Below the pieces are notes generated by a model, which ran no database searches, was not told where the DNA came from, and saw nothing but the letters and a program-made list of their open reading frames with translations. A stretch of DNA of 60,000 bases from Amphiscolops sp. MND2022 (lineage: Eukaryota): assembly GCA_964187785.1 (NCBI GenBank), contig OZ076409.1:83826001-83886000 (forward strand), read 5' to 3'. The translations under genes were made by a program, and so were the position numbers. Shown here piece after piece: positions 47,601-60,000 of this stretch; the first letter of the stretch is position 1; each line of letters starts with the position of its first letter.

Positions 47601-50600
47601 TACTTCCATAGGGGATAAGTTCTGTTGGTTTGAAAAATTGTTGATTATAACCAGCATTTTGGTTTTTTATTTTTCTTTAACTCTCAAAATGACTCACTTT
47701 AGTGTAATTCCAAAGGTGATAAGTTCTGTCGTTTCTAAAAATTGTTGAATATTTCCAGCATTTTAACTTTTCAATTGTCTTTAACTCCCAAAATGGCTTA
47801 CTTTAGCGTACTTCCATAGGGGATAATTTCTCTCGGTTTGAAAAATTGTTGATTATTTTCAGCATTTTAACTTTTCAAAAGTCTTCAACTCTGAAAATGG
47901 CTTACTTTAGTGTACTTCCATAGGGGATAAGTTCTGTCGGTTTGAAAAATTGTTGTTTATGTCCAGCATTTTGGTTTTTTATTTTTCAACTCAAAATGAC
48001 TCACTTTAGTGTAATTCCAAAGGTGATAAGTTCTGTCGTTTCTAAAAATTGTTGAATATTTCTAGCATTTTAACTTTTCAATTGTCTTTAACTCTCAAAA
48101 TGGCTTACTTTAGTGTACTTCCATAGAGGATAAGTTCTCTCGGTTTGAAAAATTGTTGATTATTTCTAGCATTTCAACTTTTCAAAAGTCGTTAACTCTC
48201 AAAATGGCTTACTTTAGTGTACTTCCATAGGGGATAAGTTCTGTCGGTTTGAAAAATTGTTGATTATGTCCAGCATTTTGGTTTTTTATTTTTCTTCAAC
48301 TCAAAATGACTCACTTTAGTGTAATTCCAAAGGTGATAAGTTCTGTCGTTTCTAAAAATTGTTGAATATTTCCAGCATTTTAACTTTTCAATTGTCTTTA
48401 ACTCTCAAAATTGCTTAATTTAGTGTACTTCCATAGGGGATAAGTTCTCTCGGTTTGAAAAATTGTTGAATATTTCCAGCATTTTAACTTTTCAATTGTC
48501 TTTAACTCTCAAAATGGCTTACTTTAGCGTACTTCCATAGGGGATAAATTCTCTCGGTTTGAAAAATTGTTGATTATTTCTAGCATTTTAACTTTTCAAA
48601 AGTCTTTAACTCTTAAAATGGCTTACTTTAGTGTACTTCCATAGGGGATAAGTTCTGTCGGTTTGAAAAATTGTTGATTATGTCCAGCATTTTGGTTTTT
48701 TATTTTTCAACTCAAAATGACTCTTTTTAGTGTAATTCCAAGGGTGATAAGTTCTGTCGTTTCTAAAAATTGTTGAATATTTCTAGCATTTTAACTTTTC
48801 AAAAGTCTTTAACTCTTAAAATGGCTTACTTTAGTGTACTTCCATAGGGGATAAGTTCTGTTGGTTTGAAAAATTGTTGATTATGTCCAGCATTTTGGTT
48901 TTTTATTTTTCTTTAACTCTCAAAATGACTCACTTTAGTGTAATTCCAAAGGTGATAAGTTCTGTCGTTTCTAAAAATTGTTGAATATTTCCAGCATTTT
49001 AACTTTTCAATTGTCTTTAACTCTCAAAATGGCTTACTTTAGCGTACTTCCATAGGGGATAAATTCTCTCGGTTTGAAAAATTGTTGAATATTTCTAGCA
49101 TTTTAACTTTTCAAAAGTCTTTAACTCCTAAAATGGCTTACTTTAGTGTACTTCCATAGGGGATAAGATCTGTTGGTTTGAAAAATTGTTGATTATGTCC
49201 AGCATTTTGGTTTTTTATTTTTCTTTAACTCTCAAAATGACTCACGTTAGTGTAATTCCAAAGGTGATAAGTTCTGTCGTTTCTAAAAATTGTTGAATAT
49301 TTCCAGCATTTTAACTTTTCAATTGTCTCTAACTCTTAAAATGGCTTACTTTAGTGTACTTCCATAGGGGATAAGTTCTGTTGGTTTGAAAAATTGTTGA
49401 TTATAACCAGCATTTTGGTTTTTTATTTTTCTTTAACTCTCAAAATGACTCACTTTAGTGTAATTCCAAAGGTGATAAGTTCTGTCGTTTCTAAAAATTG
49501 TTGAATATTTCCAGCATTTTAACTTTTCAATTGTCTTTAACTCCCAAAATGGCTTACTTTAGCGTACTTCCATAGGGGATAATTTCTCTCGGTTTGAAAA
49601 ATTGTTGATTATTTTCAGCATTTTAACTTTTCAAAAGTCTTCAACTCTGAAAATGGCTTACTTTAGTGTACTTCCATAGGGGATAAGTTCTGTCGGTTTG
49701 AAAAATTGTTGTTTATGTCCAGCATTTTGGTTTTTTATTTTTCAACTCAAAATGACTCACTTTAGTGTAATTCCAAAGTTGATAAGTTCTGTCGTTTCTA
49801 AAAATTGTTGAATATTTCTAGCATTTTAACTTTTCAATTGTCTTTAACTCTCAAAATGGCTTACTTTAGTGTACTTCCATAGGGGATAAGTTCTCTCGGT
49901 TTGAAAAATTGTTGAATATTTCCAGCATTTTAACTTTTCAATTGTCTTTAACTCTCAAAATGGCTTACTTAAGCGTACTTCCATAGGGGATAAATTCTCT
50001 CGGTTTGAAAAATTGTTGATTATTTCTAGCATTTTAACTTTTCAAAAGTCTTTAACTCTTAAAATGGCTTACTTTAGTGTACTTCCATAGGGGATAAGTT
50101 CTGTCGGTTTGAAAAATTGTTGATTATGTCCAGCATTTTGGTTTTTTATTTTTCAACTCAAAATGACTCACTTTAGTGTAATTCCAAAGGTGATAAGTTC
50201 TGTCGTTTCTAAAAATTGTTGAATATTTCTAGCATTTTAACTTTTCAAAAGTCTTTAACTCTTAAAATGGCTTACTTTAGTGTACTTCCATAGGGGATAA
50301 GTTCTGTTGGTTTGAAAAATTGTTGATTATGTCCAGCATTTTGGTTTTTTATTTTTCTTTAACTCTCAAAATGACTCACTTTAGTGTAATTCCAAAGGTG
50401 ATAAGTTCTGTCGTTTCTAAAAATTGTTGAATATTTCCAGCATTTTAACTTTTCAATTGTCTTTAACTCTCAAAATGGCTTACTTTAGCGTACTTCCATA
50501 GGGGATAAATTCTCTCGGTTTGAAAAATTGTTGAATATTTCTAGCATTTTAACTTTTCAAAAGTCTTTAACTCTTAAAATGGCTTACTTTAGTGTACTTC

Positions 50601-53600
50601 CATAGGGGATAAGATCTGTTGGTTTGAAAAATTGTTGATTATGTCCAGCATTTTGGTTTTTCATTTTTCTTTAACTCTCAAAATGACTCACGTTAGTGTA
50701 ATTCCAAAGGTGATAAGTTCTGTCGTTTCTAAAAATTGTTGAATATTTCCAGCATTTTAACTTTTCAATTGTCTCTAACTCTTAAAATGGCTTACTTTAG
50801 TGTACTTCCATAGGGGATAAGTTCTGTTGGTTTGAAAAATTGTTGATTATGTCCAGCATTTTGGTTTTTTATTTTTCTTTAACTCTCAAAATGACTCACT
50901 TTAGTGTAATTCCAAAGGTGATAAGTTCTGTCGTTTCTAAAAATTGTTGAATATTTCCAGCATTTTAACTTTTCAATTGTCTTTAACTCCCAAAATGGCT
51001 TACTTTAGCGTACTTCCATAAGGGATAATTTCTCTCGGTTTGAAAAATTGTTGATTATTTTCAGCATTTTAACTTTTCAAAAGTCTTCAACTCTGAAAAT
51101 GGCTTACTTTAGTGTACTTCCATAGGGGATAAGTTCTGTCGGTTTGAAAAATTGTTGTTTATGTCCAGCATTTTGGTTTTTTATTTTTCAACTCAAAATG
51201 ACTCACTTTAGTGTAATTCCAAAGGTGATAAGTTCTGTCGTTTCTAAAAATTGTTGAATATTTCTAGCATTTTAACTTTTCAATTGTCTTTAACTCTCAA
51301 AATGGCTTACTTTAGTGTACTTCCATAGAGGATAAGTTCTCTTGGTTTGAAAAATTGTTGATTATTTCTAGCATTTCAACTTTTCAAAAGTCGTTAACTC
51401 TCAAAATGGCTTACTTTAGTGTACTTCCATAGGGGATAAGTTCTGTCGGTTTGAAAAATTGTTGATTATGTCCAGCATTTTGGTTTTTTTATTTTTCTTC
51501 AACTCAAAATGACTCACTTTAGTGTAATTCCAAAGGTGATAAATTCTGTCGTTTCTAAAAATTGTTGAATATTTCCAGCATTTTAACTTTTCAATTGTCT
51601 TTAACTCTCAAAATGGCTTACTTTAGTGTACTTCCATAGGGGATAAGTTCTCTCGGTTTGAAAAATTGTTGAATATTTCCAGCATTTTAACTTTTCAATT
51701 GTCTTTAACTCTCAAAATGGCTTACTTTAGCGTACTTCCATAGGGGATAAATTCTCTCGGTTTGAAAAATTGTTGATTATTTCTAGCATTTTAACTTTTC
51801 AAAAGTCTTTAACTCTTAAAATGGCTTACTTTAGTGTACTTCCATAGGGGATAAGTTCTGTCGGTTTGAAAAATTGTTGATTATGCCAGCATTTTGGTTT
51901 TTTATTTTTCAACTCGAAATGACTCACTTTAGTGTAATTCCAAAGGTGATAAGTTCTGTCGTTTCTAAAAATTGTTGAATATTTCTAGCATTTTAACTTT
52001 TCAAAAGTCTTTAACTCTTAAAATGGCTTACTTTAGTGTACTTCCATAGGGGATAAGTTCTGTTGGTTTGAAAAATTGTTGATTATGTCCAGCATTTTGG
52101 TTTTTTATTTTTCTTTAACTCTCAAAATGACTCACTTTAGTGTAATTCCAAAGGTGATAAGTTCTGTCGTTTCTAAAAATTGTTGAATATTTCCAGCATT
52201 TTAACTTTTCAATTGTCTTTAACTCTCAAAATGGCTTACTTTAGCGTACTTCCATAGGGGATAAATTCTCTCGGTTTGAAAAATTGTTGAATGTTTCTAG
52301 CATTTTAACTTTTCAAAAGTCTTTAACTCTTAAAATGGCTTACTTTAGTGTACTTCCATAGGGGATAAGATCTGTTGGTTTGAAAAATTGTTGATTATGT
52401 CCAGCATTTTGGTTTTTTATTTTTCTTTAACTCTCAAAATGACTCACGTTAGTGTAATTCCAAAGGTGATAAGTTCTGTCGTTTCTAAAAATTGTTGAAT
52501 ATTTCCAGCATTTTAACTTTTCAATTGTCTCTAACTCTTAAAATGGCTTACTTTAGTGTACTTCCATAGGGGATAAGTTCTGTTGGTTTGAAAAATTGTT
52601 GATTATGTCCAGCATTTTGGTTTTTTATTTTTCTTTAACTCTCAAAATGACTCACTTTAGTAAAATTCCAAAGGTGATAAGTTCTGTCGTTTCTAAAAAT
52701 TGTTGAATATTTCCAGCATTTTAACTTTTCAATTGTCTCTAACTCTTAAAATGTCTTACTTTAGTGTACTTCCATAGGGGATAAGTTCTGTTGGTTTGAA
52801 AAATTGTTGATTATGTCCAGCATTTTGGTTTTTTATTTTTCTTTAACTCTCAAAATGACTCACTTTAGTGTAATTCCAAAGGTGATAAGTTCTGTCGTTT
52901 CTAAAAATTGTTGAATATTTCCAGCATATTAACTTTTCAATTGTCTTTAACTCTCAAAATGACTTACTTTAGCGTACTTCCATAGGGGATAATTTCTCTC
53001 GGGTTGAAAAATTGTTGAATATTTCTAGCATTTTAACTTTTCAAAAGTCTTCAACTCTGAAAATGGCTTACTTTAGTGTACTTCCATAGGGGATAAGTTC
53101 TGTCGGTTTGAAAAATTGTTGATTATGTCCAGCATTTTGGTTTTTTATTTTTATTTACCTCTCAAAATGACTCACTTTAGTGTAATTCCAAAGGTGATAA
53201 GTTCTGTCGTTTCTAAAAATTGTTGAATATTTCCAGCATTTTAACTTTTCAATTGTCTTTAACTCTCAAAATGGCTTACTTTAGTGTACTTCCATAGGGG
53301 ATAAGTTCTCTCGGTTTGAAAAAATGTTGAATATGTCAAGCATTTTAGGTTTTTATTTGTCTTTAACTCAAAATGGCTTACTTTAGTGTACTTCTATAGG
53401 GGATAAGTTCTCTCGGTTTGAAAAATTGTTGATTATTTCCTGCATTTTAGCTTTTCAAATGTCTTTAACTCTCAAAATGGCTTACTTCAGTATACTTCCA
53501 TAGGGGATAAGTTCTGTCGGTTTGAATATTTGTTGAATATGTCCAGCATTTTGGTTTTTTATTTTTCTTTAACTCAAAATGACTCACTTTAGTGTACTTC

Positions 53601-56600
53601 CTTAGGTGATAAGTTCTGTCGTTTCTAAAAATTGTTGAATATTTCCATCGTTTTAATTTTTCAATTGTCTTTAACTCTTAAAATGGCTTACTTTAGCGTA
53701 CTTCCATAGGGGATAAATTCTCTCGGTTTGAAAAATTGTTGATTATTTTTAGCATTTTAACTTTTCAAAAGTCTTTAACTCTCAAAATGGCTTACTTGAG
53801 TAAACTTCCATAGGGGATAAGTTCTGTCGGTTTGAAAAATTTTTGATTAGGCCCAGCATTTTAGGTTTTTATTTGTCTTAACTCAAAATGACTCACTTTA
53901 GTGTAATTCCATAGGTGATAAGTGCTCTCGGTTTGAAAAATTGTTGGTTATTTCTAGCAATTTAACTTTTCAAAAGTCTTTAACTCTCAAAATGGCTTAC
54001 TTCAGTATACTTCCATTGGGGATAAGTTCTGTCGGTTTGAAAAATTGTTGATTATGTCAAGCATTTTAGGTTTTTATTTGTCTTAACTCAAAATGGCTTA
54101 CTTTAGTGTTTTTCCATAGAGGATAAGTTCTCTCGGTTTGAAAAATTGTTGATTATTTTTAGCATTTTAACTTTTCAAAAGTCTTTAGCTCTCAAAATGG
54201 CTTACTTGAGTAAACTTCCATAGGGGATAAGTTCTGTCGGTTTGAAAAATTTTTGATTAGGCCCAGCATTTTAGGTTTTTATTTGTCTTAACTCAAAATG
54301 ACTCACTTTAGTGTAATTCCATAGGTGATAAGTGCTCTCGGTTTGAAAAATTGTTGATTATTTCCAGCATTTTAACTTTTCAAATGTCTTTAACTCTCAA
54401 AATGGCTCATTTTAGTGTACTTCCATAGGTGATGAGTTCTGTCGGTTTGAAAAAATGTTGATTATGTCCAGCATTTTGGTTTTTTATTTTTTTTTCAACT
54501 CAAAATGACTCACTTTAGTGTAATTCCAAAGGTGATAAGTTCTGTCGTTTCTAAAAATTGTTGAATATTTCCAGCATTTTAACTTTCCAATTGTCTTTAA
54601 CTCTCAAAATGGCTTACTTCAGTATACTTCCATAGGGGATAAGTTCTGTCGGTTTGAATATTTGTTGAATATGTCCAGCATTTTGGTTTTTTTATTTCCT
54701 TTAACTCAAAATGACTCACTTTAGTGTACTTCCATAGGTGATAAGTTCTGTCGTTTCTAAAAATTGTTGAATATTTCCATCGTTTTAACTTTTCAATTGT
54801 CTTTAACTCTTAAAATGGCTTACTTTAGCGTACTTCCATAGGGGATAAATTCTCTCGGTTTGAAAAATTGTTGATTATTTTTAGCATTTTAACTTTTCAA
54901 AAGTCTTTAACTCTCAAAATGGCTTACTTGAGTAAACTTCCATAGGGGATAAGTTCTGTCGGTTTGAAAAATTTTTGATTAGGCCCAGCATTTTAGGTTT
55001 TTATTTGTCTTAACTCAAAATGACTCACTTTAGTGTAATTCCATAGGTGATAAGTGCTCTCGGTTTGAAAAATTGTTGATTATTTCCAGCATTTTAACTT
55101 TTCAAATGTCTTTAACTCTCAAAATGGCTCATTTTAGTGTACTTCCATAGGTGATGAGTTCTGTCGGTTTGAAAAATTGTTGATTATGTCCAGCATTTTG
55201 GTTTTTTATTTTTTTTTCAACTCAAAATGACTCACTTTAGTGTAATTCCAAAGGTGATAAGTTCTGTCGTTTCTAAAAATTGTTGAATATTTCCAGCATT
55301 TTAACTTTCCAATTGTCTTTAACTCTCAAAATGGCTTACTTCAGTATACTTCCATAGGGGATAAGTTCTGTCGGTTTGAATATTTGTTGAATATGTCCAG
55401 CATTTTGGTTTTTTTATTTCCTTTAACTCAAAATGACTCACTTTAGTGTACTTCCATAGGTGATAAGTTCTGTCGTTTCTAAAAATTGTTGAATATTTCC
55501 ATCGTTTTAACTTTTCAATTGTCTTTAACTCTTAAAATGGCTTACTTTAGCGTACTTCCATAGGGGATAAATTCTCTTGTTTTGAAAAATTGTTGATTAT
55601 TTTTAGCATTTTAACTTTTCAAAAGTCTTTAACTCTCAAAATGGCTTACTTGAGTAAACTTCCATAGGGGATAAGTTCTGTCGGTTTGAAAAATTTTTGA
55701 TTAGGCCCAGCATTTTAGGTTTTTATTTGTCTTAACTCAAAATAACTCACTTTAGTGTAATTCCATAGGTGATAAGTGCTCTCGGTTTGAAAAATTGTTG
55801 GTTATTTCTAGCATTTTAACTTTTCAAAAGTCTTTAACTCTCAAAATGGCTTACTTCAGTATACTTCCATAGGGGATAAGTTCTGTCGGTTTGAAAAATT
55901 GTTGATTATGTCAAGCATTTTAGGTTTTTATTTGTCTTAACTCAAAATGACTCACTTTAGTGTAATTCCATAGGTGATAAGTCCTCTCGGTTTGAAAAAT
56001 TGTTGGTTATTTCTAGCATTTTAACTTTTCAAAAGTCTTTAACTCTCAAAATGGCCTACTTCAGTATACTTCCATAGGGGATAAGTTCTGTCGGTTTGAA
56101 AAATTGTTGATTATGTCAAGCATTTTAGGTTTTTATTTGTCTTAACTCAAAATGGCTTACTTTAGTGTACTTCCATAGAGGATAAGTTCTCTCGGTTTGA
56201 GAAATTGTTGATTATTTCCAGCATTTTAACTTTTCAAATGTCTTTAACTCTCATAATGGCTCATTTTAGTGTACTTCCATATGTGATGAGTTCTGTCGGT
56301 TTGAAAAATTGTTGATTATGTCCAGCGATTTAACTTTTCAAATGTCTTTTACTCTCAAAATGGTTTACTTCAGTACACTTCCATAGGAGATAAGTCCTCT
56401 CGGTTTGAAAAATTGTTGATTATTTCCAGCATTTTAACTTTTCAAATGTCTTTAACTCTCAAAATGGCCTATTTTAGTGTACTTCCTTGGGGGATAAGTT
56501 CTGTCAGTTTGAAAAATTGCTGATTATGTCCAGCAATTTAACTTTTCAAATGTCTTTAACTCAAAATCGCTTACTTTAGTGTACTTCCATAGGGGATAAG

Positions 56601-57370
56601 TTCTCTCGGTTTGAAAAATTGTTGATTATGTCAAGCATTTAAGTTTTTCAAATGTCTTTAACTCAAAATGGCTTACTTCAGTATACTTCCATAGGGGATA
56701 AGCTCTGTCGGTTTGAAAAATTGTTGATTAGGTCCAGCATTTTAGTTTTTTGGTTTTAACTCTCAAAATGGCTTACTTTAGTGTACTTCCATAGGGGATA
56801 AGTTATCTCGATTTGAAAAATTGTTGATTATTTCCAGCATTTTAACTTTCCAAATGTCTTTAACTCAAAATCGCTTACTTTAGTGAAACTTCCATAGGGG
56901 ATAATTTCTCTCGGTTTGAAAAATTGTTGATTATTTTCAGCATTTTAATTTTTCAAAAGTCTTCAACTCTGAAAATGGCTTACTTTAGTGTACTTCCATA
57001 GGGGATAAGCTCTGTCGGTTTGAAAAATTGTTGATTATGTCCAGCATTTTGGTTTTTTGTTTTTAACTCTCAAAATGACTCACTTTAGAGTACTTCCATA
57101 GGTGATAAGCTCTGTCGTTTCTAAAAATTGTTGATTATTTCCAGCATTTCAACTTTTCACTTGTCTTTAACTCTCAAAATGGCTTACTTTAGTGTACTTC
57201 CATAGGGGATAAGTTCTGTCGGTTTGAAAAATAATTGAATATGTCCAGCATTTTAGTTTTTGTTTGTTTTTAACTCAAAATGGCTTACTTTAGTGTACTT
57301 CCATGGGTGATAAGTTCTGAAAAATTGGTGATAATATCCAGCATTTTAGTTTTTTAAATGTCTAACTCTC
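38700..57370. repeat. Satellite array, ~104-bp monomer (~180 copies) with higher-order repeats
   Basis: AACTCTCAAAATGGCTTACTTTAGTGTACTTCCATAGGGGATAAGTTCTGTCGGTTTGAAAAATTGTTGATTAT... Monomer starts at 40021, 40125, 40229 and 40333. At least three monomer types. Degenerates out to ~57500. Confidence 0.98.
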
Positions 57371-57595
57371 CAAAGGTATTCGTTTCGAGTAATTTTTTAA
57401 GGGACCTACTATGTTCGATTGAAAAATAACGCTTATTTGCGGCATTTTGGTGAATAGTTTGTCTTTGTCTAATAAAATGGATTTGTTTAGTGTTTTTCAG
57501 TTTTTATTGATTATTCTTTCGGTTCCTTGTGCAAATTTTGTCTTCCTCTGATTTGCTATTTGGCAATTTCACTACTCCCATGATGTAGACACAAT

Positions 57596-57748
57596 GTACT
57601 GGGTAAGACGGGCCTAACCCAGCCTGCACAGTACGAGTGTCTACTGGGTTCTTAGTATTGGTTGACCTCTCTTGAAGCAGGTAGACCGTTACAGCTCTAC
57701 TCTTCAAGAATCGGGTTGAGGTTAACCCTAGACTCCAGTAGACACTCG
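57596..57748. other. Long imperfect hairpin / structured-RNA candidate
   Basis: Nested pairs CGAGTGTCTACTGG/CCAGTAGACACTCG, GGTTGACCTC/GAGGTTAACC, TCTTGAAG/CTTCAAGA, GTAGA/TCTAC, plus the adjacent CTGGGT/ACCCAG stem. Confidence 0.55.
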
Positions 57749-58229
57749 AAATCTCTTGCACAAGTACTGATTCGATTCGATTCCAATCTCCACTTTTCTT
57801 CCCTCTTCGATTTAATAACCCCTACACTGACTATTTGGCGGTATCACATGTAAATTGTACAATTTCTCTACGTGGTATGGAATTACTGCAATATTGTTTT
57901 AATCAATTGTTCTTGAAATTAACTAGCTTGCTCCGTCATTATTTTTTACTTTTGCTGACTTCTCTTTTGTCTTGGAAATAGTTTTTCTGGCTATCGTTTT
58001 TTTTGCTTCTGAAAGGGTATAAAAGCAGAAATAATCGTGTGCCCCGGAGGGGCCTATTTTTTGTATATAGGCAGGGTAAACTGAACTATCTGATGTATGC
58101 TGTATGCACTTTTTGATCTGTTCAGGTGCGTTAGCAAAAAATGAAAATCTTGCAGCACAAATTTTGATGCGGAAAAGCCTAAAACAGACAACTAGCGATT
58201 ATTCAGCTTCCACGCAAATTATTATTGGT

Positions 58230-58587
58230 AACAAGCCGTGAACGGACCAAGCCGGCTCTGCCTAATGTCAAAATGCCGCCCAAAGTATGATTAGGTAGGT
58301 TTTCGTGCTACTAAATGGGCTTCTCCACCTGAAAACAGAACAATCGAAAGGGAGACTCTTGAGAAAAAAGAAAATGTTCGGAAAAATGCCGAACAGTAAT
58401 CTCCAAAAGCTGACGCTTTGCTACTTTCTAGCTTTGTAAAATGGTCCTAGATTAATTTTGGACATGGAGGCTATTTGCTCCATCACGATATAAAGCTATA
58501 CGTGAAGTTAAACAAAAAGTCAACTTCAATGTGAGGTTGAAATCCTAGTCATTGTAATATTCTGCTTTTCGAATAACGCCGACTAAA
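58230..58587 (-). mobile_element. Diverged HINE-like copy
   Basis: AACAAGCCGTGAACGG at left and CTAGTCATTGTAATA...ACGCCGACTAAA at right match the reverse complement of the family ends. Confidence 0.55.
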
Positions 58588-60000
58588 TATGGATCCTCAA
58601 AGAATGCTGGATTTCTGCCTATAAAATTGATTCACTATGAAATGAAATTGACTATTATATAATGGAAGTACTTCCACTTGAAACCAGAAAAATAAGAGTT
58701 CGCTAATTTGCTCTGAGAAATCACCGCTGAAAAGCGAAGCAATAAAAACCTTCATGTTTTAGGATTTCTTGTTCGTTAAATAACGTTTTCCGAATTGATA
58801 TTTTATGAATTTTTGCTGCAAAAAAGTTGTGAAGCAATACGAAAATACAGCAAAGACTAATAAGTTTGTCTTTGAATTACAACAATCTTAATTGAAAATC
58901 ACAGCCATTGTTTTCATTAGAAAAAAATTGTGATAGCGCCAAAAACGTCTAATTGATTACACGGTTTGAAAACACGGAGTATTTTTTCAACAGAAGGGTT
59001 TTAGAGAGAATTGATACACTGGTGATGGAGAAACTTGAAACGAGCACTTTAAATATCAGAGTGCCACCATCGAGACTCATTTCAATAGAACGGCAATTGT
59101 TTTTTTTAAAAAACGCAAATTTATGAAATTAGGCTAAACGGGTTTGCAAATTCATAAAATTTATCAACACGATGTCTGGATGTTTTGTGTCCATTAACAA
59201 AAACAAGCCGGGAAGTAAAGTTTTTATACATGCAAAAGGACACTATTGTTAAAATTTCATTTTTGCAGTGCCAGAAAAAACCCGAAGGGATACGCATAAG
59301 ACTCAAAAACACTTTTCCCAACTGGAAACAGCAAAAAACCTACCTTGCTCAACCGACAACCTCTCGAAAATCGAAAAATTGAGAAAAAAATGTTCGACAT
59401 TTTTATAGGTCGAGCTTAGCCAATACACTACGAAGCTTGCACGAAAGGCAAAGATTTTTATACTATTTCGTCTTTATGAATTGTTTTAAGCACTTTCTTC
59501 TCATAAAACTTCAAGTTCTTTATAAAACAGGAACAAATCAATTTGTGAAAGCATAAGCCAATCATGATTGACAAATCAGTATAAGGCAATAATTGAATGC
59601 AAATAATGAAAAAGTTGACTTTTTCAAATCAGAAAAGTCTTGCTACCACAAAATGGGAACGTTTTCACACTCACCATTTGTTGCTATTAGATGTTTTATC
59701 CGTAACATGCCAAATGAAGCACAAATGTTTCTGAACAACGAGAACTACTATAACAAAAAATTTGAAACACCTTGTAACAATAGTTGAAAATTTTAGTTTT
59801 GACTGACAATATAATTTTGAATACTAAAAGTCCAAAGTGGCATATACTTCACAAGCTGATGACTACTATTTTCCGTGAAAGTAATTGTACAAACTGCATT
59901 TCGACGCAACACGGGGTTCTTATGTTCCGAGTGTCACAGCCCCGCATAAGCTGTGAGTACTGCAACATGTGTAACCCAGTCTTCAAAGAATAAATTGGGA

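Noticed and set aside
22370..57370. CRISPR-like interpretation of either tandem array
   Set aside because: Units repeat over their full length with no unique spacers, there are no cas genes, and the context is eukaryotic.
57581..57848. Confident solo-LTR call
   Set aside because: TG...CA ends can be drawn, but no matching 4-6-bp TSD was found.

Overview
Animal (metazoan) genomic DNA, AT-rich and repeat-rich. Host genes are an HMMR/RHAMM-like coiled-coil gene with a single coding exon (1552-5841) and a 3-exon MPPE1/PGAP5-like metallophosphoesterase (14744-16514). Between them is a patch of non-autonomous transposons, including Helentron/DINE-1-like (HINE) copies and a hAT relic (8-bp TSD) carrying two nested insertions. 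The main feature is a full-length 21-kb Maverick/Polinton endogenous virus (17316-38369; ~360-bp TIRs, perfect 6-bp TSD AGTGTT). It encodes pPolB, rve integrase, packaging ATPase, major and minor capsid proteins and an adenain-like protease; pPolB, ATPase and protease are disrupted. It also carries an internal ~6-kb array of ~12 hairpin-rich 498-bp units next to an opposite-strand PC4-like + HUH-motif gene pair, and a DEDD/MAEL-like nuclease ORF. About 330 bp downstream begins an ~18.6-kb array of a 104-bp satellite with multi-level higher-order repeats and diverged flanks. All protein assignments are by motif recognition, with no database searches.
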